The notes below the pieces were generated by a model. The model was not told where the DNA came from, ran no database searches, and was given only the letters and a program-made list of their open reading frames with translations. Source: Patescibacteria group bacterium (GTDB lineage: Bacteria > Patescibacteriota > Minisyncoccia > Phycocordibacterales > JACOZG01). Taken from it: a stretch of DNA of 47,055 nt. Below, piece by piece: positions 10,558 through 19,938 of the stretch. The stretch spans positions 1 through 47,055 of the forward strand of contig JAYEGE010000004.1 of NCBI GenBank assembly GCA_034658935.1, in the 5' to 3' direction. Within the stretch, counting starts at the first letter, position 1. Each line of letters starts with the position of its first letter. Position numbers and translations under genes: made by a program.

Positions 10558-10560
10558 AAA

Positions 10561-11652
10561 TTATTTATTTTCTTTTAACCACCATTCCATCCCCTCTTCA
10601 ATCGGCGGTAGGTAGCGGGCACAAATGTTTTTCAAGATTCTATCAATATTATATTCCTGCCGCCATTCAGGGTAATGTTTTTCAAACTTAGCCAGATCAG
10701 AAACATACCAGATATGGTCACCGACTCTGTTGGTATCTGAGTACTCTGTCAACGCCTTTTTCCCGGTTAATTTTTCAATTTTTTCGATCGCCTCCAACAT
10801 AGAGATATTGGAGTGACGCCCGCCACCGGCATTATAGGCCTCTCCTGGGTGGGGCCGTTGATGGAAATGCCAAAACATATTAATTAAGTCATGGGCATGA
10901 ATATTGTCTCTTACTTGCTTCCCCTTATAGCCGAAAATAGTGTATTTCTTACCTTCCAAAATACACTTCACCAAATAGGCCAAAAAACCATGGAGTTGAG
11001 TTCCGCTATGCTGAGGGCCCGTTAGACAACCGCCCCGGAAAACACCAGTGTTTAGTTTGAAATACCGACCATACTCTTGAACCATCACATCGGCGGCCAC
11101 CTTGGAAGCGCCGAAAACGCTATGAGTTGTTTGGTCAAGGCTCATAGACTCATCAATACCATTTTTATATTGATGGCTTGGCTCAATCTCGTAACGAGTC
11201 TCGAGTTCAACCAGAGGAAGAGAATTTGGGTTATCGCCATAAACCTTATTGGTCGAGGTAAAGATAAAGGTTGCTTCTGGCGAGAATCGTCGATAATTCT
11301 CCAACATGATGAGGGTCCCCCGAGCATTAACATCAAAATCGGTCAGGGGCTCCTTGGCAGCCCAATCATGGCTGGGCTGCGCCGCGGTATGAATAACAAT
11401 ATCAAAATGATGCTTTCGGAAAACTTTTTCTACTTTAGCCTCGTCTCTGATATCAATATCGTAGTGGACATATTTGTCTTTTAGTTCTGAAGTGAGCCTA
11501 TCTTTATTCCACGCAGTACTAGCCTCTTCCCCAAAAAAATATTTCCGCATATCATTGTCTACCCCAACGATCTGATAGCCCTTAGCAGCAAAAAACCGGG
11601 CCGCTTCAGAGCCCACCAGACCAGCCGAACCAGTAATTAAGGCCGTTTTCAT
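10561..11652 (-). CDS. NAD-dependent nucleotide-sugar epimerase (CDP-paratose 2-epimerase/RfbE-like)
   Basis: [42 protein letters not shown]. Start moved to ATG 11652. Confidence 0.85.
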   Translation of the reverse strand: MKTALITGSAGLVGSEAARFFAAKGYQIVGVDNDMRKYFFGEEASTAWNKDRLTSELKDKYVHYDIDIRDEAKVEKVFRKHHFDIVIHTAAQPSHDWAAKEPLTDFDVNARGTLIMLENYRRFSPEATFIFTSTNKVYGDNPNSLPLVELETRYEIEPSHQYKNGIDESMSLDQTTHSVFGASKVAADVMVQEYGRYFKLNTGVFRGGCLTGPQHSGTQLHGFLAYLVKCILEGKKYTIFGYKGKQVRDNIHAHDLINMFWHFHQRPHPGEAYNAGGGRHSNISMLEAIEKIEKLTGKKALTEYSDTNRVGDHIWYVSDLAKFEKHYPEWRQEYNIDRILKNICARYLPPIEEGMEWWLKENK

Positions 11653-11656
11653 AGAT

Positions 11657-12289
11657 CTAAACCTTATCAGCTTCGACATTAAGACTCAAGAGAATTTGTT
11701 TGTCCCCCACCATCAGCAAGCGCGAAGACCGATCGGTAAAATCATGGTGACTTACTGTTGACGGATCCCATCTCCTGATATTCACAAAACTAAGTTCAGT
11801 AAGCATCTCCTGAAGCCGCCGATAATTCCATAGGGTGTAATGATTATCATAAGGAGGTTCCTGCCCAAGTACTTGGTCACGTATTACGGAAATATCCCGG
11901 CCGGACTCTTGGTAGGCCATGACCAGGTTGTCAAAATCGGGCACAGAAATTCTTAACTTTCCCCCCTTTTTTAAAACTCGTCGCCACTCTTTTAATGTTG
12001 AGTCTAGTTTACTCCTGGGAATATGCTCGAGAACATGACTGGCATACAGAAGATCAACAGTATTGCTGCCCAACATATCCAAGCTAGTAATATCGTGGAT
12101 ATGGTGGATATTGGGGAGCTTTAGCACATCGATATTGACAAACCCCGGCCCCGAGGTACCCCCACAACCAACATTAACCAAAATCTTGCCGTCAGGATTA
12201 GCGGGAAATTTGGGCGCCCTAATATTCCGACGAGTTACCCCCAGCACCCGCCTGCCATATTCATAGACTGAGATCAAAAAGTCTTTCAT
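11657..12289 (-). CDS. SAM-dependent methyltransferase domain protein
   Basis: [32 protein letters not shown]. Confidence 0.85.
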   Translation of the reverse strand: MKDFLISVYEYGRRVLGVTRRNIRAPKFPANPDGKILVNVGCGGTSGPGFVNIDVLKLPNIHHIHDITSLDMLGSNTVDLLYASHVLEHIPRSKLDSTLKEWRRVLKKGGKLRISVPDFDNLVMAYQESGRDISVIRDQVLGQEPPYDNHYTLWNYRRLQEMLTELSFVNIRRWDPSTVSHHDFTDRSSRLLMVGDKQILLSLNVEADKV

Positions 12290-13452
12290 ACACTAGGCTT
12301 TAAAACAAAAATTTTATCGTATATATCCTCGAGAGGTAGAGTATAGCGGAAAAGGTTCAGCACCTTTCCGTCATCATACTCTTTGTAAATCGTACGATAC
12401 AGGCCCAATAGGGGCTCGAGGAGATAACTGAAAAACCATACCCCCAGAGAGCCACTCCACCCCCCATCAGGCAAACTTTCATAACCGCCATCGTAAATAA
12501 ATTTGTACATACGACTATTAATCATCGCGATCTTATTAACTCTGGGATGATACGACAAAAAACAATTCTCTTCAAACAGGGCGTTGGCAAAACTGATCAG
12601 ATTATCTCCAGGCTGTAGGGGCAAACGTTTAATAAAGCGGGCGACCCGAACAGTAGCGAGCAATTTTTTGAAACCAACACCATACCAAACCCGCCCACCA
12701 GGCAAAGTGATTATTTCGTCAAAAGACGACTTCATAAACTCACTATCACGCCCGAGATCCCAGCGTCGATGATTGATGATAATTAGTTTGGCCCGCAAGT
12801 TGGGGTTTTCTTTTTTTAAATTAGAAACTAGCACGGCCCCACGGAATCCCGAATAGGGATCACTAGCAATGACCCAAGTGGTCTTATTTAGATCAAGCGC
12901 CTCGCGCACCTTAACGAGACTACCCCTTTCGTCTTCCACATTAATATGTTTTCTGCGAGGCAAGGGATCATCAAAAGATTTAATAAAAAATGAGTCCGGC
13001 AACTCACTGAAATAACTTCGATAGCCAAGAATGGAATCGGCCGACAGGGCGCCCGAGAGTAGATCTAAGAAAATTACTGAATCAAAGCCCATGGCAAAAG
13101 CAGAAATTGAGGCGCCAGATTGGGCGGAAAAAACATAGTCGATGCTATCAGCATTTTCGTGGAGATACATCTCAGCAACAACATGCCGGCCGATTTTGAA
13201 ACCTTCCAGATCAAGATGTTTAGATTCGTCAGTTTCATTTGGATGCGGCTGATAGACAAATTTATGATCGGGTAAATGCCGACGCATATAATCAAAAATC
13301 TGATTTGTCCGCTGGATAAATAAATCACGATCAGAATCTAGAGGTAAATTATAAAAATCAGCGCCAAAAAATACCGCCATCGGTTTGTTGTTTGGAAGCG
13401 GAGCATGTCGCTCGAGCTGATAAGGGAAAAGGATTTTCTGGGTTATACCCAT
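12286..13452 (-). CDS. Hypothetical protein, possible CMP-sugar (sialyl/NulO) transferase
   Basis: Long ORF translationally coupled to the downstream gene; YQPHPNE and FSAQSG resemble the HP and S-S/T motifs of bacterial sialyltransferases. Start uncertain. Confidence 0.55.
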   Translation of the reverse strand: MGITQKILFPYQLERHAPLPNNKPMAVFFGADFYNLPLDSDRDLFIQRTNQIFDYMRRHLPDHKFVYQPHPNETDESKHLDLEGFKIGRHVVAEMYLHENADSIDYVFSAQSGASISAFAMGFDSVIFLDLLSGALSADSILGYRSYFSELPDSFFIKSFDDPLPRRKHINVEDERGSLVKVREALDLNKTTWVIASDPYSGFRGAVLVSNLKKENPNLRAKLIIINHRRWDLGRDSEFMKSSFDEIITLPGGRVWYGVGFKKLLATVRVARFIKRLPLQPGDNLISFANALFEENCFLSYHPRVNKIAMINSRMYKFIYDGGYESLPDGGWSGSLGVWFFSYLLEPLLGLYRTIYKEYDDGKVLNLFRYTLPLEDIYDKIFVLKPSV

Positions 13453-13672
13453 TGATATGTGCTGGCCCACATAAGCGACCAGGAGATCGTTATAGAGTAG
13501 CAAAATTGAGCTTGATTTCCAATTTTACAACATCATATATTGCTAATTTAGTCAATAGTGCAAAAATCTCAAATCTGTGGCAACATGTCCCCCCAGAAGA
13601 GGCAGCAGAGAACATTGTTGTTCAGCGCCAGGAAACACAGCCAATAGGGCATAGCCATAAGGAGTACCTGAC

Positions 13673-14680
13673 ATGAGACAAGAGCAAGGAGCGGCGCCAG
13701 TGCGGATAGGCGATTGCACGGTGGGTCCCGGCCATCCAACATTTTTGGTGGCCGAGATTGGGATCAACCACAACGGCGATATGGATATCGCCAAGAGGTT
13801 GATCGACTTGGCAGCGATAGCTGGAGCCTCGGCCGTCAAATTCCAGACCAGAACAGTGGGGACAGTATACAGCCTGGAAGAGCTGGCAAGGCCGAGACCA
13901 GTACCAAGGAATCTGCTTGAAAACGCGATCAGGCGGGGGACGCTGTCTGCCGAGGCTGTTACGAGACTCAGGAAATCAGACTTCGAGGATTCAACCAACG
14001 GCGACCTTAAATGGCTCCTGGAGCTTACCGACAACGAATTGCGAGAGATTGACGACCATTGCCGAGAACGGGGTATCATCTGGTTCACGGCATGCTGGGA
14101 CACCGCGTCGGTGGATCGAATAGAGGAGCTCTTCCCGGGGACACCGGCACACAAGATCCCCTCACCCTGCAATCAAGACGATGAGCTCCTGCGGCGGTTG
14201 CGCAAGACCGGTAAGCCGCTCATCCTCTCCACGGGGATGACCGACCTAGACGGTATCCGAGCGGCGGTTTATGTCCTTGGGACAGAGAACCTGATCGTCC
14301 TGCATTGCGCTAGCGTCTACCCCACAGGGACAACGTCTGGAGATGAGATGCTTGGGCTTATCAATCTCCGGGGAATCACCACTCTTCAAGAGACCTTTGG
14401 GGTCCCAATCGGCCTATCTAGCCACGACAGTGGCATCCAACCGGCCTACGCAGCGGCGGTGCTTGGCGCCTGCATGGTCGAGAAGCACATTACCCTCGAG
14501 CGGGGAATGTGGGGATCAGACCAAGGTAGCTCAATCGATCCAATCGATCTCCCCCGCCTTGGCAAGATGCTACAAGAACTGCCGCTGATCCTCGGCGACG
14601 GCAAGATCCTTGTCAATGAAGCGGAGAGGGCGATGGAGCAAAAACTCCGTCGAGTTTGGCGAAAAGCTCCAGTATCATAA
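13673..14680 (+). CDS. NeuB-family nonulosonic acid synthase (no C-terminal SAF domain)
   Basis: AEIGINHNGD, AVKFQ, ILSTGM, LHC..YP, SSHD, EKHITL; SD AAGGAG 13659-13664. Confidence 0.9.
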   Translation: MRQEQGAAPVRIGDCTVGPGHPTFLVAEIGINHNGDMDIAKRLIDLAAIAGASAVKFQTRTVGTVYSLEELARPRPVPRNLLENAIRRGTLSAEAVTRLRKSDFEDSTNGDLKWLLELTDNELREIDDHCRERGIIWFTACWDTASVDRIEELFPGTPAHKIPSPCNQDDELLRRLRKTGKPLILSTGMTDLDGIRAAVYVLGTENLIVLHCASVYPTGTTSGDEMLGLINLRGITTLQETFGVPIGLSSHDSGIQPAYAAAVLGACMVEKHITLERGMWGSDQGSSIDPIDLPRLGKMLQELPLILGDGKILVNEAERAMEQKLRRVWRKAPVS

Positions 14681-14702
14681 CCGGCCCGGCCGACGATACG
14701 CC

Positions 14703-14738
14703 GAGCCAGTGGACTATCAGTTCACTGGCTCTTTTTTT
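14703..14738 (+). terminator. Intrinsic terminator
   Basis: GAGCCAGTGGAC-TATCA-GTTCACTGGCTC followed by T7. Confidence 0.9.
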
Positions 14739-14749
14739 ATTATCAAACA

Positions 14750-14837
14750 TTGACAAATTACAATCTCATGTGCTAGAAAACAGCTAGTTGAGGCGGGGCG
14801 GAAGTAGCCCCCCAAGGAACATTCACAAGAAAGGAGG
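14750..14837 (+). promoter_or_regulatory. Promoter, hairpin, boxA-like motif and SD
   Basis: TTGACA(14750)-18 nt-TAGAAA preceded by TG; hairpin GGGGC-GGAAGTA-GCCCC; GAACATTCACAA 14817-14828; AAGGAGG 14831-14837. Confidence 0.6.
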
Positions 14838-14843
14838 CCTGGA

Positions 14844-15893
14844 ATGAAAACCCTGGCAATATTTCGTGACTTGATGCCGACCAAAATGGCCCTACCGATC
14901 CTCAATGAACTGAGAAAGCGGGGCAACACGGTGTTCGCCATTACTGAGGGGCAGGCGGCCGCCCATTGCAAGCAGACTAGGGCCATCGAGTCTGTCCTCC
15001 TCGAGGGCAATAACTCCTTGGCTCCAGTCAAAAGTAGCGAAATAACTCGGATACTTGGGAACGTCGGGCCCGACGTTTTGATTATCGGCTGTTCCTGCCC
15101 CATCAATTGGGAGCTCCAATTCGCCAAGGTGGCGCGGAGACGAGGGATCCCTGTAGTGGCCATCGAGGATATCTGGGGTGATCTATCGAGATTGGGCGAT
15201 TTCATTCCTGATCTAGCCCTCACAATCGACAATTTGGGGCACGGAACCCGGGCAGGAAATTCCCAGGCAATTGGAGACATCGCCTCTGCTGTTAATCCGG
15301 CGGCGTCCAACGACGCACAAGAGCAAGTTAACCGACTGGAAGCTTTGGCCCGAGATAAAACCACAGTATTGATAGTGGCCGACCACACCAGCAATGCCCT
15401 CGAGATCGTCGAGCTAGTGGCCAAAAGCGTCAGGTTGGAGGAGGATCCGGGCCAATTTGTAATTACCCATAGCCTAGTCCATCCAAAATTGACCAAGACA
15501 GAAGCGGCTAGTGAGATATTACGGCCAGCGGAGCAGCTATTGGCCGGCTTAACGGTTGACCAATTTGGTGGACTAAGCACTGACACCAGGGCGGTACATT
15601 GCCATTACACTGTGGCCGCGTTTACCACTCCCCTGCGGATTGCTCTCCATAACGGCCGGCGGGCCGTATCAGTGTCTGGGCCAAAGTCATTAGAGCTATT
15701 GTGGTCCGAGACTGGTTTTAGGCAATACCCCCTGGTCGCCCTGGAAGCAATCCCTGAGATGAATCAGCCGGCCTCACTTAGCAACTATGATTGGGAGAGT
15801 CTCGATCGCACCGGCCGTGCCTGGGCCGAACGAGCCAGATTCCGACCAGAGGCAGGAGCAGCCATTGAGTCTCTGGTGACCTCGTGGCAATAA
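14844..15893 (+). CDS. Hypothetical protein, probable GT-B-like fold
   Basis: Strong SD and own terminator; PDVLIIGCS, ARRRGIPVVAIEDIWG, HPK, FTT resemble GT-B two-Rossmann proteins. Confidence 0.7.
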   Translation: MKTLAIFRDLMPTKMALPILNELRKRGNTVFAITEGQAAAHCKQTRAIESVLLEGNNSLAPVKSSEITRILGNVGPDVLIIGCSCPINWELQFAKVARRRGIPVVAIEDIWGDLSRLGDFIPDLALTIDNLGHGTRAGNSQAIGDIASAVNPAASNDAQEQVNRLEALARDKTTVLIVADHTSNALEIVELVAKSVRLEEDPGQFVITHSLVHPKLTKTEAASEILRPAEQLLAGLTVDQFGGLSTDTRAVHCHYTVAAFTTPLRIALHNGRRAVSVSGPKSLELLWSETGFRQYPLVALEAIPEMNQPASLSNYDWESLDRTGRAWAERARFRPEAGAAIESLVTSWQ

Positions 15894-15915
15894 ACGCAGA
15901 GTAGGCAACCACACC

Positions 15916-15950
15916 AAGCTCAGGTTCGATATTCGAACCTGAGCTTTTTT
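15916..15950 (+). terminator. Intrinsic terminator
   Basis: Perfect 14-bp stem AAGCTCAGGTTCGA-TAT-TCGAACCTGAGCTT followed by TTTT. Confidence 0.92.
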
Positions 15951-15993
15951 GACTTCCAGCCAAGATTAAGTTAATTTATACTCATATTCTTTA

Positions 15994-16989
15994 ATGGCAA
16001 ACCAAATCCCTACTAGGAAATTAGGGCGCACCGATCTGGACGTTTCCAGAATCGCCCTAGGAACAGTTGAGCTCGGTTATACTTACGGCATCGGCCCAAG
16101 ACAATTGCCGAGCAATAACGAAGCACTTGCCCTGCTTCAGCGAGCTGTGGAATTAGGCATCAATTTTTTTGACACCGCCCACTTCTATGGTTGCGCCGAG
16201 GCCCGAATCGCCGCCTCGGGAATTGCCAAGCGGCCCGAAGTAATTATTGCCACCAAATGTGGCCACGATATTGAAAAAAACGCAGACATCAGCCAAACCG
16301 AGTTAGAAAAAGCAATTCGACACGAGGTATCAGAGAGCCGTAAAACTCTAGGCTCAGAAACACTCTCGATCGCCATGGTCCACGGCGGTTCCGCTGAGCA
16401 AATCAAAAATGGCATGATTATCGAGATCATGCAAAAACTCAAAGACGAAGGCCAAATTCAATTCGTCGGCATTTCTACCCGAGGCGAAGACGCGCCGTCA
16501 GCCGCAATCAAGTCTGGCTTCTTTGATTGCTTACAAGTGGGTTACAGCATTTTAGATCAACGACAAAGTAAGGCCAACTTAAGGCTGGCGGTCCAGCACA
16601 AGGTCGGCATTATTGCCCGCTCCGTCTTCCTTAAAGGCGCCCTGACCCCTTCCTACGTACACCTGCCTAACGCCCTATCATTACTCAAAGAGCGGCACCA
16701 AGATGTTCAGGCCATCGCCGATTCGCTAGGAATCACCGTGCCGACACTCGCCCTTCGTTTCGCCTTATCAAATAGATCTGTTGACACAGTTTTAGTTGGA
16801 ACACAATCTATCGGCCATCTAGAGAAAAGCATTGACGCCCTTGAGCAGGGGCCCTTGGCGGCGGAAATAACGGCAAAGCTGGAAGCATTGGCCATTGATG
16901 ACGCCAATTATGTTGACCCCTCCTATTGGCCGGCAGATACTCACAGTGACGATAAATCAAAGATCGTTAGGCATTTTAAGGCAAAATAA
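15994..16989 (+). CDS. Aldo/keto reductase
   Basis: RKLGRTDLDVSRIALGT, GINFFDTAHFYG, IATKCG. Confidence 0.92.
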   Translation: MANQIPTRKLGRTDLDVSRIALGTVELGYTYGIGPRQLPSNNEALALLQRAVELGINFFDTAHFYGCAEARIAASGIAKRPEVIIATKCGHDIEKNADISQTELEKAIRHEVSESRKTLGSETLSIAMVHGGSAEQIKNGMIIEIMQKLKDEGQIQFVGISTRGEDAPSAAIKSGFFDCLQVGYSILDQRQSKANLRLAVQHKVGIIARSVFLKGALTPSYVHLPNALSLLKERHQDVQAIADSLGITVPTLALRFALSNRSVDTVLVGTQSIGHLEKSIDALEQGPLAAEITAKLEALAIDDANYVDPSYWPADTHSDDKSKIVRHFKAK

Positions 16990-17011
16990 ACCCCCCGCTT
17001 GGTACGGGGGG
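16983..17011 (-). terminator. Intrinsic terminator of the KdsC-LOG gene (possibly bidirectional)
   Basis: 7-bp stem CCCCCCG/CGGGGGG; minus strand followed by TTTATTTT. Confidence 0.75.
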
Positions 17012-17034
17012 CATTTGGCCCCAGGGGCCTCACC

Positions 17035-18117
17035 TTACACTTGCAGACCCTCAAGAACGTCCTCTGAGCCATTGGCTATTCGGATGGCCGCCCGGTGCTC
17101 GTCTTTGAGAAAGCGGCCCAATTTGTCCAGCAATGGGTCTTCCGCAGAGGAAGAACCCAAAAAGCTCTGATCGAGGATAATGCGCTTCGGCAAAACGCAC
17201 GAGCCTAGCCCCCTCCTCGTTAGCTGAGCATTGACATGGACTGCCCGATGGAGCAAGGTGAGAAGCTTGGCCATCGTGCCCAAACCCCCCTGGTAAAAAA
17301 CGGCGATGTCGGCGTCGCGGCAGATTGCTCCGTTACGATCTTCATAGGTGGCAAAGCAGCGGATCTCAGTTGCGCCACATTTCTCTGTGGTCAACCCGAG
17401 ATCGAAGACATAGGCGATCAATCGAGCCGAATGACCCTCGTCGATTGCCTGCCTTACGCCCATTGCCGCCGCCCAGGGCACACCATTGGGGCCGCCATTA
17501 GTGAGGACATTATAGCCCAACAAGGCAAGCCGATAAGCCAGCCCCTGCGCCTCCTCACGAACCCTCTCAGTCGCCGCCTGACCAGTGCCGGTAATAAGCA
17601 CGTTCTGAGCTCGAGCCAGCGTATCAGTCGCCGCCTTAGCGTCGAGAAGCAGGTCACATACCTCTCGCACTCCCCCATCGCCGCCGCATCTGGCTGTCAC
17701 GTAAGCGGCCACCTCCTTGATCTCGTCAGTGGCATTCTGAACTGCGACCGGCAAACCGACGATCCGCATCACAGCCAGATCACTTCGATCGTCACCCACG
17801 TAGCAGACCTGATCAAGAGTGACATCTGAGTAATGCTTGGCCAGATACCCCCGAAGGCATACCGGCTTGTCCTTAATCGCCCGGAAAAAATCTATTTTCA
17901 TCTTCCGGCAACGAGGATCAACATAGGGGCTTTTTTGGCCAGAAATCACCACCACGGGAATGCCGGCCTTCCTGACCAATTCAATGCCCTGGCCATCGGC
18001 ATGGCTGCAAACAACCGACTCAACGCCGTCGGTCCCGACCACAACTTTGCCGTCGGTCAGTACGCCATCGAAATCGCAAACCAATAGCCTTATCTCAGGC
18101 CATATTCCCTTATCCAC
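17035..18117 (-). CDS. KdsC-like HAD phosphatase fused to a LOG/SLOG-like domain
   Basis: DFDGVLTDG, ISG, YVGDDRSD, GGDGGVREVCD; then TGTG, TNGGPNGVP, YQGGLGT. GTG start with SD AAGGAG. Confidence 0.85.
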   Translation of the reverse strand: MDKGIWPEIRLLVCDFDGVLTDGKVVVGTDGVESVVCSHADGQGIELVRKAGIPVVVISGQKSPYVDPRCRKMKIDFFRAIKDKPVCLRGYLAKHYSDVTLDQVCYVGDDRSDLAVMRIVGLPVAVQNATDEIKEVAAYVTARCGGDGGVREVCDLLLDAKAATDTLARAQNVLITGTGQAATERVREEAQGLAYRLALLGYNVLTNGGPNGVPWAAAMGVRQAIDEGHSARLIAYVFDLGLTTEKCGATEIRCFATYEDRNGAICRDADIAVFYQGGLGTMAKLLTLLHRAVHVNAQLTRRGLGSCVLPKRIILDQSFLGSSSAEDPLLDKLGRFLKDEHRAAIRIANGSEDVLEGLQV

Positions 18118-18124
18118 GTCTGTT

Positions 18125-18207
18125 CTCCTTATGTTAAGGGCCCCTTAGTAACAAACAAAAAACTCCGGCTCCTCTGCGAAGGTAGCACGCCGCGTAAAAC
18201 TTGTCAA
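18125..18207 (-). promoter_or_regulatory. Promoter, boxA-like motif and SD
   Basis: Minus strand TTGACA(18207)-17 nt-TACCTT preceded by TG; GGCCCTTAACAT 18142-18131; AAGGAG 18130-18125. Confidence 0.65.
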
Positions 18208-18220
18208 ATGTGAATCAACG

Positions 18221-18982
18221 CTACCAAGCACTCCTACCGCCATCCACAATTAAATTATGGGCAGTCATGTAGCTAGAAGCATCAGAGCAGAGAAAAAGAA
18301 GTACCCCATTGTACTCGCCCAGCTCAGCCATCCGGCCAAACATCGTTGTTGCCCCATAGCGCTCTACAAAATCAGCTGGCTGGCCGGGCATATGCATACC
18401 CGATGGAGAAAGAGCATTGACTCGGACATTATGCTCCCCTAGACGGGCAGCCCATTGTCGGGTAAGGCCGAGCACACCAGCCTTAGTGGTCGGATAAGCG
18501 ATTGATTTAAAGCGGCGGCCGGTAGCATCATTATAAACCCGTCGGTCATGGGCAATTACTGAAAGTTCAGAAGCAACATTCACAATCGAACCCCGGCGGG
18601 CCGTTATCATTGTCGGCGATACTGATTTGATACAGATCATCATGCCAGTGAGATTGACTTTGAGCTCTCGGTCCCATAAATCAATGGGGTACTCTTCATA
18701 GGGCACCGAGACTTGAGCTTGGGCCGGGTCATCAACCGCCAAATTCATGGCAGCGTTGTTCACCAGAGCATCAATTTGCCCGAAGTCCTTAACGATTTTT
18801 GCCACCGCCTCTTTAACCGCCGATTCATCGGTAATATCAAGGCCTTGGGCCTTGTCCCAAACTACCACCTTAGCGCCGGCCGAGCTCAGGGCCTCCACGT
18901 ATTGACGGCCCAAGATACCAGCACCACCAGTAATAATGACAACCCTATCTTTGACTGAAAAGAGTTTGTTTGGTTCGGACAT
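18221..18982 (-). CDS. Short-chain dehydrogenase/reductase
   Basis: ITGGAGILG, LVNNAA, YPTTK (YxxxK), VDGG. Confidence 0.92.
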   Translation of the reverse strand: MSEPNKLFSVKDRVVIITGGAGILGRQYVEALSSAGAKVVVWDKAQGLDITDESAVKEAVAKIVKDFGQIDALVNNAAMNLAVDDPAQAQVSVPYEEYPIDLWDRELKVNLTGMMICIKSVSPTMITARRGSIVNVASELSVIAHDRRVYNDATGRRFKSIAYPTTKAGVLGLTRQWAARLGEHNVRVNALSPSGMHMPGQPADFVERYGATTMFGRMAELGEYNGVLLFLCSDASSYMTAHNLIVDGGRSAW

Positions 18983-18986
18983 ACGA

Positions 18987-19772
18987 TTAAATTTTATTTA
19001 ATCCGTTCTTAACAAAAGCGAGCTGCAACTTGGCGTCAGCAAGATAATCATCTCCCCGCCAGGCTTGGAGAGTATACCCACCGCCATAACCAATCTCTTT
19101 AAGCGCAGCAAAGCAATCGGCAAACTTAGCGTCCCCTTCTCCCAACAGAAATGATGCCCCACCCACTTTTCTGTCTTTAATATGGACCTCAAAAATCTTG
19201 GCCCCCAAAAGACGAATCTCTTCTGGGCAATCAAAACCATAAGAAGTGGCGTTACCAATATCGTAGCACACTCCGACATTCCCACACTCCAATTTGTCGA
19301 GGAACCGCTTTAACTTCTCGGCCGGTAATTCAGTTTCTAAAGCCAGACGCAATTGCAATGTCTTAGCTTTGGCAGATAGCCGCTTTAAAATTAGGCCGGC
19401 AGCATCCCAATCACTTTCTGATTTCGGCGCCTTATCTTCAAGGAGAGGAATCGCGGCGATACCGGCGCTCAATCGCGGGGCCAACGCCGGCAAAATATCA
19501 TAGAGGAGATCCAGATCAAGCCACCCGCAATCGATACCCGCAATTGGCAATGTTTTGATTGTTCGGTCGATTATTTCTAGAGTCGTGGGGTCCTGCCAAA
19601 TATCTTTGACTGGATCAAAGTTCGGTCTATCCACATCTAAAAACCAACAAATGCCATCGAAGCCCATATTCTTGGCCAGTTCAAACTCAGCCGGCCAATC
19701 AGTGGGAAAAAACTGAAATCGCCCCTCTTCTGCTGGCGACAAACGCCCCTGCATGATACTTATTGTATTCAT
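18987..19772 (-). CDS. Sugar-phosphate isomerase/epimerase (xylose-isomerase-like TIM barrel)
   Basis: IMQGRLSP, LALET, YDIGN, EVHIKDR. Start moved to ATG 19772, 7 nt after TGtTATTAT. Confidence 0.85.
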   Translation of the reverse strand: MNTISIMQGRLSPAEEGRFQFFPTDWPAEFELAKNMGFDGICWFLDVDRPNFDPVKDIWQDPTTLEIIDRTIKTLPIAGIDCGWLDLDLLYDILPALAPRLSAGIAAIPLLEDKAPKSESDWDAAGLILKRLSAKAKTLQLRLALETELPAEKLKRFLDKLECGNVGVCYDIGNATSYGFDCPEEIRLLGAKIFEVHIKDRKVGGASFLLGEGDAKFADCFAALKEIGYGGGYTLQAWRGDDYLADAKLQLAFVKNGLNKI

Positions 19773-19823
19773 GCGAGTGATAATAACACTCCCCCATGCC
19801 CCGATCAAGATCTTGGCCGCAGC

Positions 19824-19933
19824 TTGATTAAAATCAACAAATAAGGTATACTAAGAAGTGGAATGGCACCTTAATAGTCAAATAAGTTTTTGGCCGAAGC
19901 CCTAAAACCCCCGAAACTTCTAGCAAAGAGGTG
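19824..19933 (+). promoter_or_regulatory. Promoter, boxA-like motif and SD
   Basis: TTGATT(19824)-17 nt-TATACT(19847); GCACCTTAATAG 19866-19877; GAGGTG 19928-19933. Confidence 0.65.
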
Positions 19934-19938
19934 AGAAT

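Noticed and set aside
10561-10615. Odd C-terminal tail of the RfbE-like epimerase ([15 protein letters not shown]) as a deletion scar
   Set aside because: Plausible but cannot be supported without an alignment.
13453-13672. Structured ncRNA in the longest intergenic region
   Set aside because: No convincing long stem or known motif; explained by divergent promoters and the neuB leader.
14717-15586. Long antisense ORFs (also 13552-14172 and 17236-17829)
   Set aside because: They fully overlap well-supported genes, have no motifs, and are typical of GC-richer sequence.
19853-19938. Cobalamin riboswitch upstream of the B12 radical SAM genes (also 4962-5019)
   Set aside because: Leaders are under 90 nt and show no recognisable B12-box; an Infernal/Rfam scan would settle it.
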